This document shows positions 27,050-36,036 of a DNA stretch of 45,030 nt, in pieces (the stretch's first letter is position 1; the number at the start of each line of letters is the position of its first letter). Below the pieces are notes generated by a model. That model was not told where the DNA came from. It worked only from the letters and a program-made list of their open reading frames with translations, and searched no databases. A program made the translations under genes and the position numbers. Where the stretch lies: positions 1 to 45,030 of the IMG/VR virus record IMGVR_UViG_3300044466_000036; one strand, written 5' to 3'. Source of the stretch: a virus (lineage: Duplodnaviria; Caudoviricetes).

Positions 27050-27321
27050 GGAACACCCCCACGTGCGTGGGGCGGACAGTCGGAGTGCTGCTGACTCGGT
27101 CATAGCTCACGGAACACCCCCACGTGCGTGGGGCGGACACGAGCCGGGGAGGGAAATGGGGGCTAGAGGCAGGAACACCCCCACGTGCGTGGGGCGGACA
27201 TTCGCTGGCGCTGTAGCTCTGCCTCCGCGCCCGGAACACCCCCACGTGCGTGGGGCGGACGCCGTCCTGACCGCGCGCTCAGATAGGGCTGTCGGAACAC
27301 CCCCACGTGCGTGGGGCGGAC
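27050..27321 (-). CRISPR. type I-E-like CRISPR mini-array, 5 repeats / 4 spacers, no cas genes
   Basis: Identical 28-bp repeat GTCCGCCCCACGCACGTGGGGGTGTTCC (minus) at 27050, 27111, 27172, 27233, 27294; four unique 33-bp spacers; 61-bp period. Confidence 0.97.
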
Positions 27322-27392
27322 CCCGATGCCTTAAACGACAAAACGCGCCACGATAAATCCATTTAATAGCAGACCAACCCCAGGATCGTCAA
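27322..27392 (-). promoter_or_regulatory. AT-rich CRISPR leader with candidate promoter
   Basis: TTGACG (27387-27392), 18 nt, TG-C-TATTAA (27363-27368) on minus strand; locally AT-rich. Confidence 0.5.
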
Positions 27393-27477
27393 GCCGACGC
27401 AGCGCGGCGCTGCGCTGCGTCACGGCGCAATTGGTGTCCGCTGAGGATGCCGGGCCGGCATCGGGCGGTGCGCGTGG

Positions 27478-27711
27478 TTAGCCTGACGCCGTGACGGACG
27501 GGCGGAGTATGGCCCGTACCTCTACGCGCTCCGCAGGTGTCATGCCGGGCCATGCGGCGGCAATCCGGCGCGCCAGCGTTGCGGGCGAGTGTGCCGCGCT
27601 GGCCGCCTTGGCGCGGGTGGCCTGCGCCTCCCTGGGGTCTGCGCGGGCCCACCTGGCCCGTCCGGCGGCGGCGGCGATGCGGCGGCGTGTGGCTGGGTCG
27701 TGGGATGGCAT
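27478..27711 (-). CDS. small basic helical hypothetical protein
   Basis: MPSHDPATRRRIAAAAGRARWA...; start estimated. Confidence 0.5.
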   Translation of the reverse strand: MPSHDPATRRRIAAAAGRARWARADPREAQATRAKAASAAHSPATLARRIAAAWPGMTPAERVEVRAILRPSVTASG

Positions 27712-28136
27712 AAGCCCCAGCGTATGCCTGCCGCAGACAGTTAGCATCCTAACTATCCGTGACATGGCCAGTCTCACGATTCGGGATAATGTCCGGATTA
27801 TCCTGTGAGTTTGGCTGGCGTTCTGGCTATGTCCCAGTATGGGGCTCAGCCGTTCGGCCGGAATGCGGCGCCATCCGGCCAAACCGCCAGCCTGGACCGA
27901 CATCGCTCCACGTTGGACAGTCACGGGGCGTAGCGGATCCGGGCCATAACCGGGCAAACCGGATGGCACAGTGGACAGACGGGCGCCCGCCGCAGCCTCC
28001 GACCCGCATTTGCCCAGGTCAGCGGCCGTGGCCCCGGCGCTGGGCTGCTAGCTACCATCCCAGGCATGAGCTGGTCTGATGCTGCCGCCACCGCACCCGC
28101 GAGCGGCGCTCCCGGCCCGAGACCTGGGAGCGAAAC

Positions 28137-28955
28137 ATGATCCGAACCGTCAACACTATTGCTTGGATTGTCCTGCTGTACGCAGTAGGTATGTCCACTG
28201 CGCACATCATCGCCACGGCGCTCATGATCGGTATGCACGGCGTGGCCGCGTACACGTCCCCGCTGCTCGTGGACGCCGTTTTTGCCCTGGGCAAATTGGG
28301 ACGCCTGGAGCGGTTCTCACCAGCCATCCGGCGGTCATCGCTGCGCCTGATGCTGTTCGGGGGGGCGATGTCCCTGGCCTGCAACGTCATGGCCGGGACG
28401 AACCTGGGCCAGCGCATCCACGGTGTCCTGGTCGTTGTCGTGATGGTGTGGATTGAGTCTCATGCCGCCAGGTTGGCCAACCATGGCCGCGCGGCCAGCG
28501 CGGTCATAGTGGCCGAGAGCGAGGCGAACATGCCCGTAGCCGCAGCCCGGGAGGCTGCGGCCAGCGAGACGGCCGCAGCCGTGGCCGCAGCGGAACAGCA
28601 GTTGCGCGCGGCGTTGGCCGCCGAGATGGCTAACGTGGTGGCCGAGGCTGAGCGTGTCGTCCGAGAGGCCATGGCCGCCGAGATGGCCATGGCCACGCGC
28701 CCCGTGGCCAAGCCCCGGATGGCCAAGGCCGCGACTGCGGCCACGACCTCCCGGGCGGGGTCAGCCAGGGCGGCGGCGGCCAGTCTGGCCGACGCCCGCG
28801 CGGCCAGCGGTCAGGCCAGCGGTCAGGCCAGCGTGGCCGTGGCCGCGGTCCTGGCGGACAACCCGGCCATGACCACCCACGAGGTAGCCGCGCTGGCCGG
28901 CGTGTCCACCCGTACCGTCCGCCGTGTCCGCCGTCAGCTGGCCATGGCCAGCTGA
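28137..28955 (+). CDS. Spd/DUF2637-like membrane protein with C-terminal HTH (actinomycete plasmid/AICE type)
   Basis: Four TM segments (SxxHI, PLLVD, SLACNV), coiled coil, THEVAALAGVSTRTVRR HTH. Confidence 0.75.
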   Translation: MIRTVNTIAWIVLLYAVGMSTAHIIATALMIGMHGVAAYTSPLLVDAVFALGKLGRLERFSPAIRRSSLRLMLFGGAMSLACNVMAGTNLGQRIHGVLVVVVMVWIESHAARLANHGRAASAVIVAESEANMPVAAAREAAASETAAAVAAAEQQLRAALAAEMANVVAEAERVVREAMAAEMAMATRPVAKPRMAKAATAATTSRAGSARAAAASLADARAASGQASGQASVAVAAVLADNPAMTTHEVAALAGVSTRTVRRVRRQLAMAS

Positions 28956-29225
28956 CCGGCCGCGACTGCCTGGCCGCCGAGATGGCCAGCGGTCAGGCCA
29001 GCGTGGCCATGACGTCGGCTACCCGGTACAGCAGCCTCGGGCGGCCGCGAGCCCCTGTCTGGTGCGGCTGGCTGGCCCACCCATGCCGTCTGGCCAGGTG
29101 CCGCAGCCGGGTTACGGGCCAGCCCGTGCCGGCCGCGATGTCGGCGAGAGTGAGGTAGCGATGGCGCATTTGGACTCCCCATGTGGCGCGGGTGGGTGTC
29201 CGGGCCCGGCGTCACGCCGCAGGCT

Positions 29226-29624
29226 CATCGCGAGTAGCTCGGCCAGTGGATCTTACCCACCGACCCCGTCGATGTTGAGACGCCCGTGGTATTCCGAAGC
29301 CGACGCTTCACGGTCGACGGCAGGTACGTACAGCTCGCTACCTCGTACCTGCCGACGGACCTGGCCCGGGGGACCCGCATCATGCATACCGACACTGGCC
29401 CAGGCGGCATCTACGCCGTCTTCACGGAAACCGGCCACGCTCCCGCCATGTACCGCGAAGAGGTCAGGTGCCGGGCGCCGAGCCCAGACGAGGTCAACCG
29501 TCTCGGCGTTCCCGCCAGCGCCTCGGTTATCGAAATCATCCGTCAGGCGTTCCAGACCGACGGCCGGTGCATCGAGGTTAACCGGATGGTGCCCGTAAGC
29601 CCTACTTCTGAGACGGTCTCCTGA
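29226..29624 (+). pseudogene. GntR/KorA-like regulator fragment (UTRA domain only)
   Basis: VQLATSYLP...DTGPGGIY...IEVNRMV UTRA pattern; no HTH domain; 3' end runs into res-like region; left boundary approximate. Confidence 0.7.
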
Positions 29625-29760
29625 TCATGGCCTGGATGACTGGTTTTGGGTCGGAAACCTGTCTCAAAAAACCTGCCCATTGCCACCCTATTGCAGCTGG
29701 ATATATGAGCTAAGTTATGAGACAGTCGTTAGGTCAGTGAGACAGGACCGAGATAGGAGA
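29600..29760. promoter_or_regulatory. res-like site upstream of resolvase
   Basis: Repeated/inverted TGAGACAG half-sites (CTGTCTCA 29659, TGAGACAG 29718 and 29738, TGAGACGG 29609). Confidence 0.6.
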
Positions 29761-29767
29761 CAGGAAC

Positions 29768-30328
29768 ATGGCCACCATCGGCTACGCGCGAGTCAGCTCC
29801 ACCGGCCAGAACCTGGACCGGCAAACCGACGCGCTGACCACCGCGGGATGCGAGCGGGTTTTCACCGAGAAAATGTCGGGCGCAAGGCGCGACCGCCCCA
29901 CCTTGGCCGCGATGCTCGACTTCGCCCGGGCCGGCGACGTCATCGTGGTCACGGAACTGGCCCGGCTCGGCCGGTCCCTGCTCGACCTCATCGCCACCGT
30001 GAACACCCTCGGCGAGCGCGGGATCGGACTCCGCAGCCTAAAAGAAAACATCGACACCACCACCCCCGTCGGCACGCTGCTCTTCCACGTCATGGGCGCG
30101 CTCGCCGAGTTCGAGCGCCGCGCGATCAACGAGCGCGCGGCCGAGGGCCGTGCCGCCGCCAAGGCACGCGGCAAGACCGGCGGCCGCCCCAAGGTCGAGG
30201 ACACCAAAATCAACGCGGCGAAGGCGCTCGTAGCGGGCGGCATGTCCGCCAGCGCGGCAGCGAAGGCGACGGGCGTGGGGCGGGCGACGCTGTACCGCCA
30301 CGGCATCGGCACCGTGGAGGCGGCCTAG
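29768..30328 (+). CDS. serine recombinase (resolvase/invertase)
   Basis: IGYARVSS, RLGRS, ALAEFER, GGRP, C-terminal HTH GVGRATLYR. Confidence 0.95.
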   Translation: MATIGYARVSSTGQNLDRQTDALTTAGCERVFTEKMSGARRDRPTLAAMLDFARAGDVIVVTELARLGRSLLDLIATVNTLGERGIGLRSLKENIDTTTPVGTLLFHVMGALAEFERRAINERAAEGRAAAKARGKTGGRPKVEDTKINAAKALVAGGMSASAAAKATGVGRATLYRHGIGTVEAA

Positions 30329-30998
30329 CCCGGGCGGCACCGCGCGGCGCCCCGGTCCACGCCGGCCGGGGCGCCGTCGTCACCCGCGACGGCCCGCAGC
30401 GCGGCAGACGCCGACCGCACCCGGTCGAGCAGCCACGCCGGGGCACTCAGCTCACCCTCCACGACGGCCGAGGTGACAGCATCGAGGGCCTGGGCTGTCT
30501 CACGCACGGCGTCGCGGTCGAGGCTCATGACACCATCATGACCTGCCGCAGGATGGGTGCCAGTGACGGCATGACCCGTCACGGCGGACCGTCCTGTGGT
30601 CTCCATCTACTGAGAGGTTCTCAGTGTCCTCTTGGGTGTTATACGGCGTTTCGGTGGGGTTCACGCCGCTATCTTGAGTGGTGTCTTAACGCGGCGCCGG
30701 TCTGGTGTGGCTGGGGTCGTGGTCGCCCGCGCGCAGGCAGCCCGGCGGCTGGCACTCACGATGACCGGTCACACTGAGCAACTCGGACATAGGGGGTATA
30801 CCCCCTCCCCCACTCAAAGGTAGACCGCCGCCGGGGAGGAGACTCGCAGTCCAGACCCCCAAAAACATCTCGAATCGGACATGTGAGGACGCAGTCACCG
30901 GCCGCAGGTGACGGATCGTGACCCCCCGGGGGTAATGTCCGTTTCAGCCCGATATGAGGGACCCTACGCACCTCGCCCCCATTTCCCTCCCCGGCCTG

Positions 30999-31103
30999 TC
31001 AAACAGTGGGACATCCTCGGTGCGGGTACTGGTCTCTGGCTAGTACCAGGGCACGCCTCCTGCGCCATGCCCTGGTACTGCCCCCTGCCCATGTGTGGCT
31101 CAC
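30999..31103 (-). pseudogene. truncated HNH endonuclease
   Basis: VSHTWAGGSTRAWRRRRALVLARDQY is a typical phage HNH N-terminus; stops before the CxxC/HNH core. Confidence 0.6.
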
Positions 31104-31342
31104 GTGCGACACCTTTCGCAGTACCCGCGCGCTATGGACTGGGGCGCCCACAGCGGCTGTTGCCCACAACGGTCGCACGGGCCGCCGTAGTCGTGCGGCG
31201 CCAACTGGAGGGCCGTTTCTGTTGGCGCCAAGAGTGGTGGCGCCAAGTCGATTGGGTTGTGCGGCAACGGGTCCGTGGCTTGCCCTGCGGTTGTCGTTGA
31301 CCACCTGGCGCAGATCGGCGACGGCGCCAGGTCGAACATCGG
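31100..31342 (-). CDS. small Zn-finger-like protein or fragment
   Basis: CDRC...CERC at C-terminus; stop overlaps HNH start; start uncertain. Confidence 0.4.
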   Translation of the reverse strand, partial: PMFDLAPSPICARWSTTTAGQATDPLPHNPIDLAPPLLAPTETALQLAPHDYGGPCDRCGQQPLWAPQSIARGYCERCRT

Positions 31343-31360
31343 GACGTCATCGGTACGGGT

Positions 31361-31703
31361 AGTGCGGGTACTGCGGGTACTAGAAACGGGCACCAGGGGT
31401 GCCGCTCTGGTTTTCAAAAAAACCCCCCCTTTTCGATTCGGACATAAGCGTTAAACCTGGTACGTATCTACCCCCGAGAGGGGGGGGTTTTTTTCTGGAC
31501 TCGCACGCGTTGGGTCAAAAACAGGTTTCTAGTACCCGCAGTACCCGCACTGTCTATGTATTTGTGCCCTTGACCTGCTGAAACGTTAGATGATCTTGGC
31601 GGGTACTAGATCTGGGCCGGTTTTCTAGTACCCGCAGTTCTGCGGGTACTGCGGGTACTAGACCGGTCCTGCGGGTACTAGACCCGCTAGCTAGTACCCG
31701 CAG
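31361..31703. repeat. origin-like cluster of GCGGGTACT repeats
   Basis: 27-bp exact inverted repeat 31361-31387 / 31525-31551 enclosing an A7C7/G8T7 inverted pair; more copies 31599-31703. Confidence 0.85.
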
Positions 31704-32245
31704 GCACCACCTCTGGACCGACCGACCAGGCCCACACCTTCTTGTGGTCGTCGTAGTGCCCCTCAAGCCGGAAACCGCCCCGGTACCGGCCACGCTCGGC
31801 GCGCAGCATCATCCCCAGGCCCTTCGCCGACGGAATGACGCCGTCCGACCGACGGGTCAGGAAAGTGCCCCGCCAGTCGTAGCGGGTGTCGCCCTTGTCG
31901 TCTGGGAATGCCGTGTCTCGCAACTGGGTCGCAGTGAGCCTCTTCTCGCCGAGAAGCTCGTACCAGCGCTGGTAGAACGCCCCGTAGGTGGTTTCCTCCT
32001 CATCGACCATGGCCAGCTCGGCCCGGTTGGTCAGGAACCCCTTCTCGCCCATCCAGTCCAAAAAGCCGGCCGTCGCGCTGGCCCAAGGGGTGAAAGACCG
32101 CATCGGTGTCTCGATGCGCGGTGCTCCGGCCACGATCCAGCCCCGCACGAGGGTCAGAAGCGCGTGCAGCGCCTCAGCAGGGTGTGCCGGGTCCTCCACG
32201 AGCCACTGCTCCAGGTCGGCCCGTAGCGGTCGTATGCGGGCTCCG
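31687..32245 (-). pseudogene. C-terminal fragment of primase/helicase-type replication protein
   Basis: ALLTLVRGWIVAGAP...SFTPW...LGMMLR...GRY.GG resembles C-termini of phage/satellite primases; N-terminus missing. Confidence 0.6.
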
Positions 32246-32251
32246 GGGTGG

Positions 32252-32585
32252 TCATTGGCACCACCGGCAGACGTCGACCTCGTCCTCGCGAAGCTTGGTG
32301 CCGCATCCGCCCGTGCAGAGTTCTGGCACCCGTTCTGGCACCCGTTCTGGCACGTGATTGGGTGCCAGAACTGCCAGATCTGCCAGATTGGCAAGATCTT
32401 CTGGCACTTCTGGCACTTCTGGCATCAAAGATGACGTAGGAGGGGTGCCAGATTCGGTGCCAGATCTGGCAGGCACCCCGTAGTGCCCGTGGACAGGTCG
32501 TGTGATCTTGCCCCGTTCCAGGAGGCGCGTCAGGTGCCTGCCGGCTCGGTTGCGGTGAGGCACCGCTACGGCGGCGAGGTCGGGC
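32252..32585 (-). pseudogene. C-terminal fragment of a second replication protein with TCTGGCA repeats
   Basis: RHLTRLLERGKITRPVHGHYG wHTH-like end, VPE repeats, terminal CxxxC...CxxC. Confidence 0.45.
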
Positions 32586-32588
32586 ACG

Positions 32589-32630
32589 AAAACTGTAGAC
32601 AGGAAAACTGTAGACACTGTCTACAGTTTT
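32589..32630. repeat. AAAACTGTAGACA direct plus inverted repeat
   Basis: Copies at 32589-32601 and 32604-32616; inverted copy 32618-32630. Confidence 0.9.
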
Positions 32631-32863
32631 GATGACGGCTGCCAGCACCCCGCCTGAGCTGCTGTTATGCCCTGCCTCGATGGTGAGCTGACAATGAGCC
32701 GCACTGGCCCGCGCTGGCCTGTGCGCCCGCTGCGGACAGCGCCCGGGTAGGTCTCCCCATACCGGGCGATGAGCGCGTCGAGGTCCGAGGCGGTGCGGCA
32801 CCCGGCGACCATGGCGCGCGGGTGTGTCAACGGCCGCTTCCCACTAGATCCACTAGCCGAAAT

Positions 32864-32895
32864 GGCTACACCATAATGCACGTTATGGTGTAGCC
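32864..32895. other. lox/dif-like recombination site
   Basis: GGCTACACCATAA-TGCACG-TTATGGTGTAGCC: 13-bp perfect arms, 6-bp spacer, 8 bp before the recombinase start. Confidence 0.85.
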
Positions 32896-32903
32896 TCTGG
32901 GTC

Positions 32904-33900
32904 ATGACCGACACCGACCCCTCCACACTCGCCACCCTCACCGGACCCGCCACGGTCGCCACCCGCGACCAACTCGCCGCCTTCACCGACGGGTGGCTCG
33001 CCAACCGTCGGCTCAGCGACCACACCCGCGACGCCTACCGCCGCGACGTCGGCACATGGCTCGACTGGTGTGCCGGCCGTGACCTCGACCCGCTCACCGC
33101 GACATTCATTCACGTCAACGCCTTCGCCCGCGAGCTGGAGACCACCCCGAACCCGCGCACTGGCCGGCCGCTCAGCGTGGCCACGGTCGGCCGGCAGCTC
33201 TCCGGTCTATCCAGCTGGTACGGCTTCCTGGCCAAGGTCGGCATGGCCGCGAATCCGGTGGGCGGCGTGGACCGCCCGCACGTCGAACGCGACCACTCCG
33301 CCACGGTGGGCCTCGCGCAGCCCGAGGTCGACGCGCTCCTCGACGCTGCTGCGGCGCAGACTGGCGCGACCAGAGCCCGGAACCTGGCCATGATCGCCGT
33401 CCTAGTCGACCTGGGCCTCCGGGTGGGCGAGCTGGTCGGCCTCGACCTAGCGGACCTGGGCCGCGAGCGTGGCCACGCCGTCGTCCGCTTCACCGGCAAG
33501 GGAGGTGTCCAGCGGCGCCGCGCGCTCACCCCGGCCGCTGCGGCGGCGCTCGACGAATACCGGGCCAGCGTGGCTGCGGTTGGTGACGCTGACCAGGACG
33601 GGGCGCTGTTCGTCACCTCAACCGGCGGCAGGGTTGACCGGCACGCCGTGTTCCGCCTGGTCCGCCGGCTCGCTGCCGCCGCCGGGATACCGGCCGCTGC
33701 GGTGCTGTCGCCTCACTCGCTGCGCCACGCGTTCGCCACTGCGGCCCGCGAGGAGGGCGTACCGCTGGAGGATGTGCAGGACGCGATGGGTCACGCCGAC
33801 CCGCGCACCACCCGCCGCTACGACCGCGACCGGCACAACCTGGACCGCGATCCGTCGTACGCGATCTGGACCGCACGGGCCCGCCGGTCCGGAAAGGCGG
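32904..33900 (+). CDS. tyrosine recombinase (XerC/D-like); true 3' end about 33900
   Basis: GLRVGEL, GKGG, HSLRH, MGHAD, TTRRY catalytic residues; ORF track extension to 35003 is read-through across a G/C homopolymer. Confidence 0.92.
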
Positions 33901-33941
33901 GGGGGGGGGGGGGCGCGCGCCCCCCCCCCCCCCCCCCCGCC
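33896..33941. terminator. G15/C19 hairpin between convergent genes (sequence probably unreliable)
   Basis: GGC-G15-CGCGCG-C19-GCC. Confidence 0.45.
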
Positions 33942-33947
33942 TCGTCC

Positions 33948-34730
33948 TCATTCCTCCCACCGCATGTACGGCGCCGGGTCCAGGACCAGGCCGCTGTCGG
34001 TGGGCGAAATATACCAAAAATGGTGGCGAAACCAGTCCTTGAGCGCCTCCTCCCCGTAGCGCTCGATGATCTCCCCGTAGGCCCGCCAGTGCGCGCCCTG
34101 GTCGACTGGAAGGTCGGCCGCTTTGTACGCCTCAGACCCATTAAGGGCCTTACGCACCATTTGTTCCGCCGAGCGATAGGGAAAATGCCGCACCTCCAAC
34201 AGGCCCTCCACCCGGGGCCCGCCGGACGGCAGCGTCACCCCGTGGTTGCCCTGGTGGATCACCGCCCCGTCCTCCCATCGCAGCGCCATTTTGGGCAGCG
34301 CCCCTGGGGCGTCCTGCCGCCACACCATCGACCGAAACGGGTCCGGGCCGGCGACGTCCAGCGCGGTGCACAGGTGGTTGTACAGCGCCGCCACAGCCTG
34401 GCCGCGCAGGCCCGCGAGAACATCGCGGATACGCCCGTGGGGGCTGACCCACAGCTCGTCCGCGTCAAACGGCACCACCCATGCGGCACCCGCCTCAGCG
34501 GCCAGCCCGGCCAGCCGACTCATTTTGGCGGACTGGAAGTAGGCCGGGTCGGGGTCGTCCAGCACGGTGAGCGGCAACTCGCCGCCGAGACGATCCAGGA
34601 TCTCCCGAGTGCCGTCCATCGAGTTGTTGTCTGCCACGATCAGGTGATCGACCTCGTCTGCCATGTGCCGCAGGGTGCCCTCGATGACGTCGGCCTCGTC
34701 ACGGACCATCGACACGCCATACGTGGCCAT
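33948..34730 (-). CDS. glycosyltransferase family 2
   Basis: SMVRDEAD, ADNNSMDGT, PFDADE motifs; TGATG-coupled start. Confidence 0.9.
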   Translation of the reverse strand: MATYGVSMVRDEADVIEGTLRHMADEVDHLIVADNNSMDGTREILDRLGGELPLTVLDDPDPAYFQSAKMSRLAGLAAEAGAAWVVPFDADELWVSPHGRIRDVLAGLRGQAVAALYNHLCTALDVAGPDPFRSMVWRQDAPGALPKMALRWEDGAVIHQGNHGVTLPSGGPRVEGLLEVRHFPYRSAEQMVRKALNGSEAYKAADLPVDQGAHWRAYGEIIERYGEEALKDWFRHHFWYISPTDSGLVLDPAPYMRWEE

Positions 34731-35425
34731 CAGTACCCCGTCCCGGCCCGCGTGTGTCCTATGTGCTCCACCCACACACCCGAGTGGCGTGCGCCCCAGA
34801 GCCCGAACCGCACCTGGTCGCCAGGGATGCCGTCCCATGCCATGCCCTCACGGAGCAGTCGGTGGGTCAGCTGGCCCTCCGACTGCGGCACGACCGGCCA
34901 GCCTGCGGCGCACAGCCCGCGACGGTACAGGCCCGGATTGGTCGTGAGGTACAGCTGGTGCTCCAGCCACACCCGGCCCAGGTCGTCCCGGTGCTCCTCG
35001 TAGGCGTCGGGGTGCTGCTCTACCACGCCGCCCGCAGCGTGCTCGTCCGCGTTCCACGCCTGCCGCCGCAGGGCGAGTTGGGCCAGCTGAGGGTGCGCGT
35101 CGAGCACGTCCGCCATCGCGGCGAGGTCCACGGGGCGCTGAAAAACGAAATCATCTTCGACGCCGAATACAAGCCGCTCACACCCTTGGGCCAAGTGCGT
35201 CCACGCTGAGGCGTATGCCCCGCCAAACCCGCTGCGGGCCACGGTCATGACCAGGTCGTACCCCGGGTAGGTCTCCCGCAGCCAGCGCCGGTAGTCGATG
35301 TCGCCGGAGTCATCATGGATGACGCGGCGGGTGATCGGGCCGGTGACCACCCGCTCCAGTGACTCGATAGCCCTGGGGAGACAGTCCCTGCGGCCGTCCG
35401 TCATGACCAGCAGCGCGATGCTCAC
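34730..35425 (-). CDS. glycosyltransferase (GT-A fold)
   Basis: IHDDSGD, GVEDDF, VEHIG motifs; GTGA-coupled start. Confidence 0.85.
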   Translation of the reverse strand: MSIALLVMTDGRRDCLPRAIESLERVVTGPITRRVIHDDSGDIDYRRWLRETYPGYDLVMTVARSGFGGAYASAWTHLAQGCERLVFGVEDDFVFQRPVDLAAMADVLDAHPQLAQLALRRQAWNADEHAAGGVVEQHPDAYEEHRDDLGRVWLEHQLYLTTNPGLYRRGLCAAGWPVVPQSEGQLTHRLLREGMAWDGIPGDQVRFGLWGARHSGVWVEHIGHTRAGTGY

Positions 35426-36036
35426 CGCGCCACCCCTGCTGCGGGCAGGACCGACCGGAGGATGTTGCGGGTCACCCGCACCCTCTCTTCGTCGGTCGCG
35501 CCGAAATTGCGGGAGTCCGGGCGCACGTGCGCCCGGTACACGGCATCTGGGACCGACGCGAACGACGCCCCCGCCAGGTGGCAGCGCAGCCATAGCGACC
35601 AGTCCTCGTAGATCGGCTCACCCCACCACCCGCCCGCCTTGCGGATGGTGGCGACCCGGGCGCACGCCCCGACGCACACCCAGTTGCCCTCGGTCAGGCA
35701 TGCCGGGCCGCACAGGTGGCTGTGCCCGGCGACGCGGGGCATCCTGGCCCGGCCCTGCCCGTTGGTCACGTAGCGGAGTGCGGGTACCCGTATGTCCGCC
35801 GTGCTGGTGGTCATGGCCTCAACATAGCCGGGCTCCAGCTCATCATCGGCGTCCAGGTGGATGACCCACTCGGTGTCGACCATGCTGTCGGCCTCGTTGC
35901 GGGCGTCGGCGAGGGTCGAGCCGCGTACGTGCACGACCGGCAGGCCCAGTGCCCGCGCGGACGGGATTGCCCTCTCCTCAGCGAGCCGAACCCACTCAGG
36001 CCCGCCGAATGTGGCTACCGCAACGGTCGCATCCAC
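35422..36036 (-). CDS. glycosyltransferase family 2
   Basis: ADARN, HLDADD, GGW, YEDWSLWLR motifs. Confidence 0.88.
   Translation of the reverse strand: MDATVAVATFGGPEWVRLAEERAIPSARALGLPVVHVRGSTLADARNEADSMVDTEWVIHLDADDELEPGYVEAMTTSTADIRVPALRYVTNGQGRARMPRVAGHSHLCGPACLTEGNWVCVGACARVATIRKAGGWWGEPIYEDWSLWLRCHLAGASFASVPDAVYRAHVRPDSRNFGATDEERVRVTRNILRSVLPAAGVAR

Noticed and set aside
27005-27120. Complete functional tRNA gene
   Set aside because: D-arm and 5' acceptor strand are absent, replaced by the CRISPR repeat; T-loop is degenerate
27200-27232. Self-match of this spacer to the portal gene near 24181-24212
   Set aside because: Only a 9-nt core (TCGCTGGCG) and needs gaps; expected by chance at this GC content
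27261-27293. Self-target for the leader-proximal spacer
   Set aside because: No convincing match found by eye in the window
26835-27356. ORFs spanning the CRISPR array
   Set aside because: Translations of repeats and spacers, not credible proteins
26486-27711. cas or anti-CRISPR genes flanking the array
   Set aside because: Flanking small ORFs show no Cas motifs; Acr function cannot be inferred from sequence alone
29600-30620. Complete Tn3-family transposon
   Set aside because: Resolvase and res-like site present but no transposase or 38-bp terminal inverted repeats seen
32904-35003. 699-aa integrase fusion protein
   Set aside because: Recombinase motifs end near 33870; the rest is antisense to two clear glycosyltransferases and is reached through a G15/C19 tract that is probably a sequencing error hiding the stop
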